Assembly: GCA_029573495.1 (NCBI GenBank)
Contig: JAKQEI010000104.1
Span: 15,078 to 79,077, forward strand
Direction of reading: 5' to 3'
DNA: 64,000 nucleotides
Source of the DNA: Bacteroidota bacterium
GTDB lineage: Bacteria; Bacteroidota; Bacteroidia; Flavobacteriales_F; PHOS-HE28
Each line of letters starts with the position of its first letter. Position 1 is the stretch's first letter. The translations under genes and the position numbers were made by a program. Positions 1 to 9,879 of this stretch are shown here, piece by piece. The notes below the pieces were generated by a model. That model searched no databases. It was given only the letters and a program-made list of their open reading frames with translations, and was not told the origin of the DNA.

Positions 1-2442
1 ATGGTCACCCCGGACAAGGACTTCGGCCAGTTGGTGAGCGACCGCATCATCATGTACAAGCCCGGTCGCGGAGGCGATCCACCCGAGAAGCTCGGCCCCA
101 AGGAGGTCTGTGAACGCTGGGGCGGGCTCACCAGTCCGGAACAGGTCAAGGACATTCTCGGCCTCATGGGAGATGCGGTGGACAACATCCCGGGCATCCC
201 TGGCATCGGGGAGAAGACCGCGATGAAGCTCGTCGCGACGTTCGGTTCCTTGGAAGCGGTGATCGAGGGCGTGGACCAGCTCAAGGGCAAACAGAGGGAG
301 AATGTGATCCAGTTCGCGGAGCAGGGCCGCATGAGCAAGTTGCTCGCGACCATCAACATCAACGCTCCGGTGGAACTCGACCATGATGCGCTACACCTGG
401 ACCCGCCCGACAAGGACAAGGTGATGGAGGTGTTCAGTGAACTGGAGTTCAAGACACTGGCAGCGCGGGTGCTCGCTCCCGTCGATCCGGGTGGCGCGGT
501 TAACGGGAATGGACCGGCGCGATCACGGAAAGGCCCTCCTTCCAGCGCGCCTGCGCAAGTCGACCTCTTTGGCACCACCACGGATGACAACGGCAACGTG
601 GAGATGAAGGTGTTCGCCACCATCGATACGGTGAAGCACCGTTACCTGCTCGAGGACACGGATGAGAAGATGTACATGCTGGCGGCGCAATTGAAGAAGC
701 AGCAGCGCTTCGCCTTTGATACCGAGACCACGGGTACCGATGAGCGGACCGCGGAGCTCGTGGGCCTCTCATTCTGCTTCAAGCCTCATGAGGCGTACTA
801 TGTCCCCGTTCCCGAACAACGCGAAGAGGCCCAGCGCATTGTCGACATCTTCAAGCCGGTGCTGGAGAACGAGGCCATCGGCAAGGTGGCACAGAACGCC
901 AAGTACGACATCCGCGTGCTGAAGAACTACGGCGTGGAGGTGAAGGGTCCCTTGTTCGATACGATGGTGGCCCACTTCCTGCTCAAGCCCGATCAGCAGA
1001 AGCACGGCATGGACTTCCTGGCGGAGTCCTACCTCGAGTACCGCCCGGTGAGCATCGGAACGCTCATCGGTGAGAAGGGCAGGGGCAGGGTTCAGAAGAG
1101 CATGCGCGATGTGCCTGTGGTCGAGGTGAAGGAATATGCGGCCGAGGATGCCGATATCACCTGGCAACTCGCCGGTAAGTTCGAACCCCTGCTGGCGGCG
1201 GATGAGGTGACGGACCTCTTCAATACGGTGGAGATGCCCCTGGTGCATGTGCTCGCCGACATGGAGACGGAGGGCATCCGGATCGATATTCCGGCGTTGA
1301 AGCAGTTCAGCGAAGAGCTGGGCACCGACCTTACGCGTCTGCAGGAGGAGATCCATGCGGCGTCCGGGGTGACCTTCAACATCGACAGCCCGAAGCAGCT
1401 CGGTGATGTCCTGTTCGAGACCCTCAAGCTGGGTGGTGACAAGGTGAAGAAAACGGCGAAGACAGGCCAGTACCAGACCAGTGAGGACATCCTGCAGGCG
1501 ATGAGCAGCGCCCATCCCGTGATCCCGCTGATCCTGGACTATCGCAGCCTGCGCAAGCTGAAGGGTACCTATGTGGATACCCTTCCCGAGGCGGCCGATC
1601 CGAGGACCCATCGGGTGCATACCAGCTACCTGCAGACGGTGGCGGCCACGGGCCGGCTCGCCAGCAACGACCCCAACCTCCAGAACATCCCCATCCGCAC
1701 CGAGAAGGGCCGTGAGATCCGCAAGGCCTTCGTGCCAAGGGACGAGCACTACCAGCTGCTCAGCGCCGACTATTCGCAGATCGAACTGCGGATCATCGCG
1801 CACATGAGCGGCGACACGAACATGCAGGAGGCGTTCAGGCACGGACTGGACATCCACGCGGCCACGGCGGCCAAGGTCTTCAATGTGGACATCGCCGCGG
1901 TCACGCGCGAACAGCGGAGCCGTGCGAAAGCGGTGAACTTCGGCATCGCATACGGGCAGGGTGCCTTCGGCCTCAGCCAGACCTTGGCCATCCCCCGCGC
2001 CGAAGCAAAGCAGATCATCGACGACTATTTCGCCCAGTTCCCAGGTGTCCGCAATTACATGGACGAGACCATCGGCTTCTGCCGCACCCATGGGTACATC
2101 AAGACGCTCATGGGGCGCCGCCGCTACCTGCCGGATATCACCAGTGGCAACAACACGGTGCGGGCCCAGGCCGAGCGCATCGCCATCAATGCGCCCATGC
2201 AGGGCACGGCCGCGGACATCATCAAGGTGGCCATGGTCAACCTGCATGCGGACCTCCGCCGGAATGGCTTGCGCAGCAAGCTGTTGCTGCAGGTGCATGA
2301 TGAGCTCGTGTTCGATGCGCACAACGAGGAGCTCGAAGAGCTGAAAGGCATCGTGCGTGATCGCATGCAGGGCGCAATGGAGCTCGCGGTGCCGTTGGTT
2401 GTTGACATGGGCGTGGGGAAAAACTGGCTGCAGGCGCACTGA
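1..2442 (+). CDS. polA: DNA polymerase I (5' end lies outside the window)
   Basis: 5'-3' exonuclease motifs (TPDKD, GDAVDNIPGIPGIGEKTA), 3'-5' exo FDTETT, polymerase motifs ADYSQIELR, KAVNFGIAYG and LQVHDELV. Confidence 0.98.
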   Translation: MVTPDKDFGQLVSDRIIMYKPGRGGDPPEKLGPKEVCERWGGLTSPEQVKDILGLMGDAVDNIPGIPGIGEKTAMKLVATFGSLEAVIEGVDQLKGKQRENVIQFAEQGRMSKLLATININAPVELDHDALHLDPPDKDKVMEVFSELEFKTLAARVLAPVDPGGAVNGNGPARSRKGPPSSAPAQVDLFGTTTDDNGNVEMKVFATIDTVKHRYLLEDTDEKMYMLAAQLKKQQRFAFDTETTGTDERTAELVGLSFCFKPHEAYYVPVPEQREEAQRIVDIFKPVLENEAIGKVAQNAKYDIRVLKNYGVEVKGPLFDTMVAHFLLKPDQQKHGMDFLAESYLEYRPVSIGTLIGEKGRGRVQKSMRDVPVVEVKEYAAEDADITWQLAGKFEPLLAADEVTDLFNTVEMPLVHVLADMETEGIRIDIPALKQFSEELGTDLTRLQEEIHAASGVTFNIDSPKQLGDVLFETLKLGGDKVKKTAKTGQYQTSEDILQAMSSAHPVIPLILDYRSLRKLKGTYVDTLPEAADPRTHRVHTSYLQTVAATGRLASNDPNLQNIPIRTEKGREIRKAFVPRDEHYQLLSADYSQIELRIIAHMSGDTNMQEAFRHGLDIHAATAAKVFNVDIAAVTREQRSRAKAVNFGIAYGQGAFGLSQTLAIPRAEAKQIIDDYFAQFPGVRNYMDETIGFCRTHGYIKTLMGRRRYLPDITSGNNTVRAQAERIAINAPMQGTAADIIKVAMVNLHADLRRNGLRSKLLLQVHDELVFDAHNEELEELKGIVRDRMQGAMELAVPLVVDMGVGKNWLQAH

Positions 2443-2490
2443 TCGCCCCATCCGCTATCGGGACCTTTACAGCCGACTCTCCATCAACCC

Positions 2491-3387
2491 ATGAGCGTGA
2501 TGCGCAAGTACCTATGGCCGGCCGCTTTCATCGTGGCCGCTTCCCTTGCCGGCTGCGGCGGTGAACCTGCCGCACCTGACCAGTTGACCGTTGACACCGC
2601 GGCGGACAGCACCAAGGAGGAACGGATGGCCAAGACGAAGAAGATCTTCTACAACATCCCGTCCCCCATGGAGACGGCGGCGCTGCTGAAGAAGGCCGGG
2701 GCCCAGTACAACAGCAAGATCCTCAACGACGTGAAGAACGTCGACAAGTACACCGCGGCTAGCCAGCAGGCGCTGAACCTGGGCGTGTACGGTGCGGACC
2801 TGAGCTATGCCAGTGTCTTCAACCACACACAGGAGAGCATGTTCTACACCTCCTGCTCGCGCAAACTGGCCGATCGCCTCGGGGTGACGAACGCGTTCAA
2901 CGACAGCACCCTGGAACTGATGCAATCCAAGATGAACGACCGCGACGCGCTGTTGGACATCATCAGCACCACCTATTGGGATGTGGATGCCTACCTGAAG
3001 GAGAACGGCCGCGACAACATCAGCGCCTTGATGATCGCAGGTGGCTGGGTGGAGGGGCTCTACGTCGCCACCCAGGTGACCACCACGAACGATACCCCGG
3101 ATCTCCGGCGTCGCATCGCCGAACAGAAGCACTCCCTGGATGACCTCGTAGCCCTGGTCAGCTCCTATGGTGTCGAGGATGCCAGATTGGATGGGGTCAA
3201 AGGGGATCTGGCCGCCCTCCAGGAATTGTTCAAGGGGATCAAGACCCCTGAGCCAGGTGCCACGACCACCGAGGAGAACGGAGTAACGGTCATCGGTGGC
3301 AACGAGCCTCCGGCCACCCTGACCGATGAGCAACTCACCGCGATCCGCGACAAGGCCGCCTCCATCCGCAATTCCTACATCAACTGA
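2491..3387 (+). CDS. Hypothetical lipoprotein, predicted helical
   Basis: Signal peptide with lipobox SLAG-C; host-like codon usage; ALNLGVYGADLSY and GGWVEGLY blocks. Confidence 0.8.
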   Translation: MSVMRKYLWPAAFIVAASLAGCGGEPAAPDQLTVDTAADSTKEERMAKTKKIFYNIPSPMETAALLKKAGAQYNSKILNDVKNVDKYTAASQQALNLGVYGADLSYASVFNHTQESMFYTSCSRKLADRLGVTNAFNDSTLELMQSKMNDRDALLDIISTTYWDVDAYLKENGRDNISALMIAGGWVEGLYVATQVTTTNDTPDLRRRIAEQKHSLDDLVALVSSYGVEDARLDGVKGDLAALQELFKGIKTPEPGATTTEENGVTVIGGNEPPATLTDEQLTAIRDKAASIRNSYIN

Positions 3388-3395
3388 TCCGTAAC

Positions 3396-3836
3396 ATGCG
3401 ACCCCAAAGCCTGTTCGTTCGTTCGGCCCTGCTGGTATGCGCTGTTGCAGGAGGCCTCTCCGCCTCGGCCCAATGCCGGAGCTTCGCCAAGAACAAGTGT
3501 GTACCAGAGCTCGCGCCGTACAAGTTCAATGAGACCTTCAACGCCGCCCAGCTCGCCCCCGGTGAGGAAGCTGAGGTGAACCTGACCTTCTACAGCGGCC
3601 AGGAATACCGGGTGATGGTCTGCACCCACCCGATCCTCGGGGAGGTGAATTGGAAGCTCGTGGACGAGAACAACAAGATCGTGTTCGAGAGCCTGGCGGA
3701 TGAACCGAAGAAGTTCTTCGACCTGAAGGCGGGCAGCACCGTTCCCATGAAAGTGGTGGTCTGGGTGCCCAACAAGGGTTCCTCCTCCATGGTGCACGTC
3801 GGTTGTGTGGCCATCATGGTCGGCTTCAAGGAGTGA
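3396..3836 (+). CDS. Hypothetical secreted protein, Cys-containing and beta-rich
   Basis: Signal peptide ending ASA-Q; 8 nt after the previous gene; followed by a strong hairpin. Confidence 0.8.
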   Translation: MRPQSLFVRSALLVCAVAGGLSASAQCRSFAKNKCVPELAPYKFNETFNAAQLAPGEEAEVNLTFYSGQEYRVMVCTHPILGEVNWKLVDENNKIVFESLADEPKKFFDLKAGSTVPMKVVVWVPNKGSSSMVHVGCVAIMVGFKE

Positions 3837-3849
3837 GCGTGACCGCCTC

Positions 3850-3890
3850 GAACGAGCGAGCCCCGGGCACATCCCGGGGCTCGCTCGTTC
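3850..3890. terminator. Hairpin between convergent genes (probable bidirectional terminator)
   Basis: 18-bp perfect inverted repeat GAACGAGCGAGCCCCGGG-cacat-CCCGGGGCTCGCTCGTTC. Confidence 0.75.
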
Positions 3891-3908
3891 AACGGGTCAT
3901 GGTCCGTG

Positions 3909-5984
3909 CTACTCCTTCACCACCTGGAGGGTGCGGATGCCACCGGAGGTGGTGATGCGCACGATGTAGATCCCGCTGGCACGTTCGCCCACAGGTATCG
4001 CGATGCGCTGGTCCCCAGCGGCCAGGGTCCCATCCTGGAAGGTGGACAAAATCCGGCCCGTCATGTCGAGGAGCTCGAGCCGAACGCGATCGGCCGCCGC
4101 AAGCCGCAGACGCAGATCGGCGTTCGAGGCGGTGGGATTCGGCATCACCACTGCGTCGCCAGCATCCTCACCCAGTTCCACCAGGCTCACGTTCACCGCT
4201 GTTCCGTTCAGATTGATGTCGTCCAGGTACAGGTTGTTCCCACCGTCGCTGAAGAAGTCGAACCGGATGCGCATATCGCTCACCTGGAAGGTGCTGTTGA
4301 TGGTGAGGATCTCCTTGTACCCCCATTGCGCGGGTCCGTTCGGTATGAAATTACCCGTGACGATGCCTCCGGTGTTCAGGTCGCTCGTTCCGAAGAGCTG
4401 GCCACGAAGGCTCCAGTTCTCTCCGCAATTGCTGCTCACGAAGATGCGCAGCTGATCGGCGCTCATGTTGGTCCGGCGCGCGTAGGCATAACGGAAGCTC
4501 AGTACGATGTCGGAGACCCCGCTCATGTCATAGGTGGGGGTGATCAGCTGGTCCAGCCTACCGGCCATGCTCGAGTTGTTCAGGATACGCAGGCTCTTCG
4601 AGCCCGTATAGGCGGCGGTGTTCGTGATCGTGTATCCGTTGTCCCCATCGGCGTTCACCACGGTCCATCCCAGATCGCCTGGTTGGGAGGCTGATTCAAA
4701 GCTCTCGACCAGCGGAGGAGCCTCGCCGGGGTTGTTCAGCACCGTGACCACGTTCTGTTCCGTGGTCGACACCAGGCTCGAACCATCCGTGGCCGTGAGG
4801 GTCACAGCATAGGTGCCGCCTTCGGGGTAGAACACGGAAACGGATGCTGCGTCACTGGTCGCCGGGTCACCGCCCGGGAAGGTCCAGGTGCGCGACGTGA
4901 TGTTGTGATAGCTCTCATCCGTGTACACGACCGAGCTACCGGCACAGATCTCCCGACGGTTGACCGAGAACCGTGCTGCGCACAACGTCGCATTGCCGTT
5001 CACCCCTGAATTGATCAGGGTGCTCGTCTGCCACAGCTGGTTGCGTTGGGCCGTGTTCGAGTTCAGTGCCGCGATCATGCGCGTCTTCTGCCCCTCGGTG
5101 AACATCTTGGAGCAGTACGAATACTCCATGTAGTTCTCCACGTTGTCAAGGGTCGATCCACAGCTGGCCCCGCTCAGGGTGCAACTCGTCCAGCCTCGTG
5201 TGTTCGGGGTGTCAGCGACCCCGTCGTCGTCACTGCAATTGGCATCCAGTCCGGGGTTGTTGCTGTTGCCCCAGGTGTGTGCCAGGTTCAACCAGTGCCC
5301 CACTTCATGGGTCAGCGCACGGGAACGACCGGCTGTGGAAGTACCAATGGCTCCAACGTAGGTGTGCTGGATCACGATCCCATCCTCCTCCGGTATCCAA
5401 TCCGCGGTGCCCGGTCTGAAGGTGTAGCCGGCGGCACCATCTGCCGAAGCCGCCACCCACACTTGCATGTAGCGGTTCCGTGGCCAGGAGATCAACGCCT
5501 TCATCTGGTCATCGCCGGCGTTCGTCAGCGTCGATACCGTGCGCGTGATCCCGTTGGTGCAGTTCCCCTGTGGGTCCTTCGTGGCGAGGCGGAACTCGAT
5601 GCCGATATCGGCCACGATATCCTGGAATTGCGGCCTGACGTTGTCCCAGTCCGCGTTCAACCGGTTGAAGTCGTTGTTCAGGATCCGCACGGCATCCTGG
5701 ATCTGCGCATCGGTGATGTTCTCCGGTCCGTTGTTGTGGATGATGTGGAAGACGACCGGGATCACGTATCCGCCACCCCCACCGCGCTCCCCTTCCTCCT
5801 GGAAGTTCCGGGTGAAGGTCTCCAGTTCCTCGGTGCGTTGGGCCACACGCGCAGCGAAGTCGGGTGCGTGGGCGATGGGCGCTCCGATGCGGTGGATCTC
5901 ATCATTTCCGCAGTGGAAGGACTCCTGAGCGGAGAGCCCGCCTATCGGCAAGGCGATCGCCAGGAACAACAAGGTTCGGATCAT
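3909..5984 (-). CDS. M43 (pappalysin/ulilysin-like) zinc metalloprotease with PKD domain and T9SS type A sorting domain
   Basis: HEVGHWLNLAH zinc motif, Met-turn ENYMEYS, PKD-like WTFPGG, C-terminal MPNP...SGIYIVRI...VVKE; start trimmed to the signal peptide MIRTLLFL. Confidence 0.9.
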   Translation of the reverse strand: MIRTLLFLAIALPIGGLSAQESFHCGNDEIHRIGAPIAHAPDFAARVAQRTEELETFTRNFQEEGERGGGGGYVIPVVFHIIHNNGPENITDAQIQDAVRILNNDFNRLNADWDNVRPQFQDIVADIGIEFRLATKDPQGNCTNGITRTVSTLTNAGDDQMKALISWPRNRYMQVWVAASADGAAGYTFRPGTADWIPEEDGIVIQHTYVGAIGTSTAGRSRALTHEVGHWLNLAHTWGNSNNPGLDANCSDDDGVADTPNTRGWTSCTLSGASCGSTLDNVENYMEYSYCSKMFTEGQKTRMIAALNSNTAQRNQLWQTSTLINSGVNGNATLCAARFSVNRREICAGSSVVYTDESYHNITSRTWTFPGGDPATSDAASVSVFYPEGGTYAVTLTATDGSSLVSTTEQNVVTVLNNPGEAPPLVESFESASQPGDLGWTVVNADGDNGYTITNTAAYTGSKSLRILNNSSMAGRLDQLITPTYDMSGVSDIVLSFRYAYARRTNMSADQLRIFVSSNCGENWSLRGQLFGTSDLNTGGIVTGNFIPNGPAQWGYKEILTINSTFQVSDMRIRFDFFSDGGNNLYLDDINLNGTAVNVSLVELGEDAGDAVVMPNPTASNADLRLRLAAADRVRLELLDMTGRILSTFQDGTLAAGDQRIAIPVGERASGIYIVRITTSGGIRTLQVVKE

Positions 5985-6274
5985 CTGTTGGGAAGGGTCG
6001 GTACATGAATGCACCGTCGGTGTAAAAATACGGAGCCATGGGCCCGCCATTGGACCCTAGGTGCGCCATCCGGCCCGATGGAAGCGGGTTCCCAAGGCGG
6101 TATTGCCATCCTGAAGAACAGGTGGAAAGGGTGCGTCCGTTCGGTCGGAAGCCCGGTTTTACCCGGCGGAAGCCCTTTCCTGTCGGGTTGAAGACCGATG
6201 CTCAAAGGGCCACGCTTGGACCATGGTAGGGGCAATCGTGGGATCCTGACCCCAGCGTCAAGGTGTCAAGCCCG

Positions 6275-7414
6275 TCAGCCCAGGGCTTGTTCGAGGTCCT
6301 CGATGAGGTCCTGTACGTCCTCCACGCCAACGCTCAATCGGATGAGGGTATCCGCCAGACCGTTCGCCAACCGTTCCTCACGCGGTATGCTGGCATGTGT
6401 CATGCTCGCCGGGTGACCCAGCAGCGACTCCACGCCACCAAGTGATTCGGCCAGCGTAAAGAGCTTGGTGCTGCTCAATACACGGGTGGCATCCGCCATG
6501 TCGTCGCCCTTCAGGGTAAAGCTGATCATGCCACCGAAGCCACGCATCTGCTTCGCCGCGATGGCGTGGTTGACATGGGTCTTCAAGCCGGGCCAGTACA
6601 CCTTGTCCACCTTCGGATGCTCCACAAGCCAACGGGCGATGGACTCACCGTTCTCGCAATGCCGTTGCATGCGGAGGTGGAGCGTCTTCAAGCCGCGCAG
6701 GACGAGGAAACAGTCCTGTGGACCGGGTGTTGCGCCGCTACTGTTCTGGATGAAGGCCAGTCGTTCCGCCAACCCATCGTCCTTCATGATCAACGCACCC
6801 ATGACCACGTCGCTGTGGCCGCCGAGGTATTTGGTCACACTGTGCATCACCAGGTCGGCGCCCAGGTCCAACGGGTTCTGGAGGTAGGGCGTGGCGAAGG
6901 TGTTGTCCACTCCGAGGAGGCACCCCTGCTTCTTGGCGATGGAAGCCAGGCCCGCGATGTCGATGATGCGCAGGAGCGGATTGGTCGGCGTTTCGGCCCA
7001 GATGAGCTTGGTGTTCACATTCACCTTCGCCTGCACCTGGCCGAGGTCGCTCATGTCCACGAAATGGAAGGTGATCCCGAAGCCCGCGAAGATCTTCGTG
7101 AACAGACGGTATGTGCCACCGTAAAGGTCGTTGGTGCTCACCACCTCATCGCCCGGCTTCAGCAACTTGATCACCGCGTCGATGCTGGCCATGCCCGTGG
7201 CGAAACAGAGGCCATGCTTCCCGTTCTCCAGCGCCGCCAACGCGTTCTGCAACGCCGTGCGCGTGGGGTTGTGCGTCCTGCTGTATTCGTAGCCCTTGTG
7301 ATCACCGGGTGAAGCCTGCACATAGGTGCTGGTCTGGTAGATGGGCGTCATGATCGCCCCCGTCGCAGGGTCCGGTTCAACGCCGGCGTGGATCGCTTTG
7401 GTGCCGAATTTCAT
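6275..7414 (-). CDS. Cystathionine gamma-synthase/gamma-lyase (PLP-dependent trans-sulfuration enzyme)
   Basis: YSRTHNPT, ETPTNP, DNTFATP, PLP lysine motif HSVTKYLGGHSD, AESLGGVESL; start trimmed to MKFGTKAIHAG. Confidence 0.93.
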   Translation of the reverse strand: MKFGTKAIHAGVEPDPATGAIMTPIYQTSTYVQASPGDHKGYEYSRTHNPTRTALQNALAALENGKHGLCFATGMASIDAVIKLLKPGDEVVSTNDLYGGTYRLFTKIFAGFGITFHFVDMSDLGQVQAKVNVNTKLIWAETPTNPLLRIIDIAGLASIAKKQGCLLGVDNTFATPYLQNPLDLGADLVMHSVTKYLGGHSDVVMGALIMKDDGLAERLAFIQNSSGATPGPQDCFLVLRGLKTLHLRMQRHCENGESIARWLVEHPKVDKVYWPGLKTHVNHAIAAKQMRGFGGMISFTLKGDDMADATRVLSSTKLFTLAESLGGVESLLGHPASMTHASIPREERLANGLADTLIRLSVGVEDVQDLIEDLEQALG

Positions 7415-7489
7415 CGTGGTCGCTGGTTGACGGTCGCGAAGGTAGGATCCCCGAAGCACCTGCTCCTGTCCATGTATTTTCGCAACCCG

Positions 7490-8413
7490 ATGCCCGCCTC
7501 CCGCCAAGCGTGGGCGCACCTCGCGCTCTTCACGGTCAACTTCATCTACGGCGTCAATTACGTCGTTGCCAAAGGACTCATGCCCGTGGTGATCGGACCA
7601 TCCGGTTTCATCCTCCTCCGCGTTCTGGGCGCGGGAAGCTTGTTCTGGGTGCTGCGCGCTATCCGGCCGGAGCCGGTGGCCCCCGCGGACCTGATCCGCC
7701 TCCTGCTATGCGCCGTCACTGGCGTCGCGCTCAATCAACTGATGTTCTTCCACGGCCTCATGCGCACCACGCCGCTCAACGCGAGCATCATCATGGTGGT
7801 GACGCCCATCCTCGTCCTCGTGCTGGCCGGCGTGCTCTTGAGGGAACGGATCACATGGACCAAGGCCATGGGGGTGCTGCTCGGGGCTGCCGGCGCCCTG
7901 GTCCTGGTGCTCGTGAAGCCATCGACCACTGCTGCAGGCCCCTCCACGGTGGGCGACCTGTTCATCCTGATCAATGCCTCCTCCTACGGCCTGTTCCTCG
8001 TTCTGGTGAAGCCATTGATGCGCAGGTATAGTGCGGTCACCATCATGGCCTGGTCCTTCTTGTTCGGACTTTTCCTGGTCCTGCCCTTCGGCTGGCAGGA
8101 GCTCGGAGCGGTACAGTGGCAGACGCTATCCACCGCACATATCCTTGCGCTGGCCTTCGTCGTGGTCATGGTCACCTTCGTGTCCTACCTGATGAACACC
8201 TGGGCCATGGCCTATGTGAATCCGACGGTCGTTGGAGCATACATCTATATGCAGCCCGTACTGGCAGCTCTTTTCACCTGGATCTTCGTCAGGATCGGTC
8301 CGGAGCGGCTGGGTATCCCAGGTTCCTACTCCACGGACATCGGGATCGTGCAGGCGCTGTGTGCACTTTGCATCTTCGGCGGTGTCTACCTCGTGGGCAG
8401 GGCTGATCGGTGA
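7490..8413 (+). CDS. DMT/EamA family transporter
   Basis: About 10 hydrophobic helices in two repeats; YIYMQPV motif. Confidence 0.85.
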   Translation: MPASRQAWAHLALFTVNFIYGVNYVVAKGLMPVVIGPSGFILLRVLGAGSLFWVLRAIRPEPVAPADLIRLLLCAVTGVALNQLMFFHGLMRTTPLNASIIMVVTPILVLVLAGVLLRERITWTKAMGVLLGAAGALVLVLVKPSTTAAGPSTVGDLFILINASSYGLFLVLVKPLMRRYSAVTIMAWSFLFGLFLVLPFGWQELGAVQWQTLSTAHILALAFVVVMVTFVSYLMNTWAMAYVNPTVVGAYIYMQPVLAALFTWIFVRIGPERLGIPGSYSTDIGIVQALCALCIFGGVYLVGRADR

Positions 8414-8434
8414 GGCGGCCTACATTTGGCCGGC

Positions 8435-9304
8435 ATGATCCGTTCCATGACCGGCTTCGGCCGCGCAGAAGGCCAGGTGGGCGACCGTAATCTGACGGTG
8501 GAGGTCCGTTCGCTGAACAGCAAGCAGCTTGACCTGTTCCTGAAGTTGCCGGCCGCGCTGAAGGATCGTGAGAACGAAGTACGTCAGCGGGTGGGCGAGA
8601 TGGTGTTAAGGGGCAAGGTCGAACTGTTCATCGGTTCGGAAGGTGCACAGGTCACCAAACGGACCACCTTCGACAAGGACCTCGTGCAGGCCTATTACAG
8701 TGAATTGCGCGCGATCCGCGACCAGGTCGACCCGACCGCCACGACCGACCTGTTCGCACTCGTGCTGCGGCTTCCCGATGTGACCAGTACCTCGAACGAG
8801 CGCATCACCGATGAGGATTGGAACGCCGCGCTCGCTCTGATCGATGAAGCGCTGATGGGCTTCAATGCGTTCCGTGCGGCGGAGGGTGGCCGATTGCTCA
8901 CGGAGATCGAAGCTCGCGTGCACGCCATCGGCCGGTTGTTGAACGAGGTCCAGGCGGCGGACCAGGGCCGTGCCGATCGCATGCGTGAACGCTTGCGCGC
9001 GAAGCTGACCGAGCTCGGCACCAAGGTGGACCAGGACCGCTTCGAACAGGAGCTCATCTTCTACCTCGAGAAGATGGACATGACGGAGGAGATGGTGCGG
9101 CTCAGGTCCCACTGCACCTATTTCCTGGAGACCATGGGCGGATCCGAAGCCCAGGGACGCAAGCTCGGCTTCATCGCCCAGGAGATGGGTCGTGAGATCA
9201 ATACCCTCGGTTCGAAGGCCAACGATGCCGCCATACAGCAGGTCGTGGTGATGATGAAGGATGAGCTGGAGAAGGTGAAGGAGCAGGTGTTGAACGTGTT
9301 GTAG
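8435..9304 (+). CDS. yicC: YicC/YloC family endoribonuclease
   Basis: MIRSMTGFG start, SLNSKQLD, GRKLGFIAQEMGREINTLGSKAN, KEQVLNVL end. Confidence 0.95.
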   Translation: MIRSMTGFGRAEGQVGDRNLTVEVRSLNSKQLDLFLKLPAALKDRENEVRQRVGEMVLRGKVELFIGSEGAQVTKRTTFDKDLVQAYYSELRAIRDQVDPTATTDLFALVLRLPDVTSTSNERITDEDWNAALALIDEALMGFNAFRAAEGGRLLTEIEARVHAIGRLLNEVQAADQGRADRMRERLRAKLTELGTKVDQDRFEQELIFYLEKMDMTEEMVRLRSHCTYFLETMGGSEAQGRKLGFIAQEMGREINTLGSKANDAAIQQVVVMMKDELEKVKEQVLNVL

Positions 9305-9306
9305 AC

Positions 9307-9879
9307 ATGGCGACCCAGGGGAAGTGCATCATCATATCGGCGCCCAGCGGGGCCGGCAAGACCACCATCGTACGCAGCTTGTTGAAGCAAGGCCTGCGTC
9401 TGGCCTTCTCGGTCAGCGCCACCAGCCGTGCCAAGCGCAGCTACGAAGTGGACGGTCAGGATTACTTCTTCATCAGCGCCGACGAGTTCCGCCGCCGGAT
9501 CGAGCGCGATGCGTTCATCGAGTGGGAGGAGGTGTATCCGGGCCAGTACTACGGCACCCTGCGCAGCGAGATCGACCGGATCTGGAGCAATGGAAGCAGC
9601 GCCATCTTCGATGTGGATGTCATCGGTGGCATCGACCTGAAACAACACTTCGGTGATCGCGCCCTGTCCATCTTCATCAGTCCGCCCAGTGTCGCCGCCC
9701 TGGAGGAGCGGCTGCGTGCGCGCGGTACGGAGAGCGAGGAGAGCCTGCGCAGGCGCGTGGACAAGGCCGCTCAGGAAATGACCTACGCACCGCGGTTCGA
9801 TGCCGTGGTGGTGAACGATACCCTGGAACACGCCTGCGCGGAGGCGCACGCCCTCGTTGCACGATTCCTCGAAGCATGA
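9307..9879 (+). CDS. gmk: Guanylate kinase
   Basis: SAPSGAGKTT P-loop, FSVSATSR, DGQDYFF, YYGTL. Confidence 0.97.
   Translation: MATQGKCIIISAPSGAGKTTIVRSLLKQGLRLAFSVSATSRAKRSYEVDGQDYFFISADEFRRRIERDAFIEWEEVYPGQYYGTLRSEIDRIWSNGSSAIFDVDVIGGIDLKQHFGDRALSIFISPPSVAALEERLRARGTESEESLRRRVDKAAQEMTYAPRFDAVVVNDTLEHACAEAHALVARFLEA

Noticed and set aside
7415-7489. SAM riboswitch upstream of the trans-sulfuration gene
   Set aside because: The promoter box lies about 20 nt from the start codon, leaving no room for an aptamer, and I see no recognisable motif.
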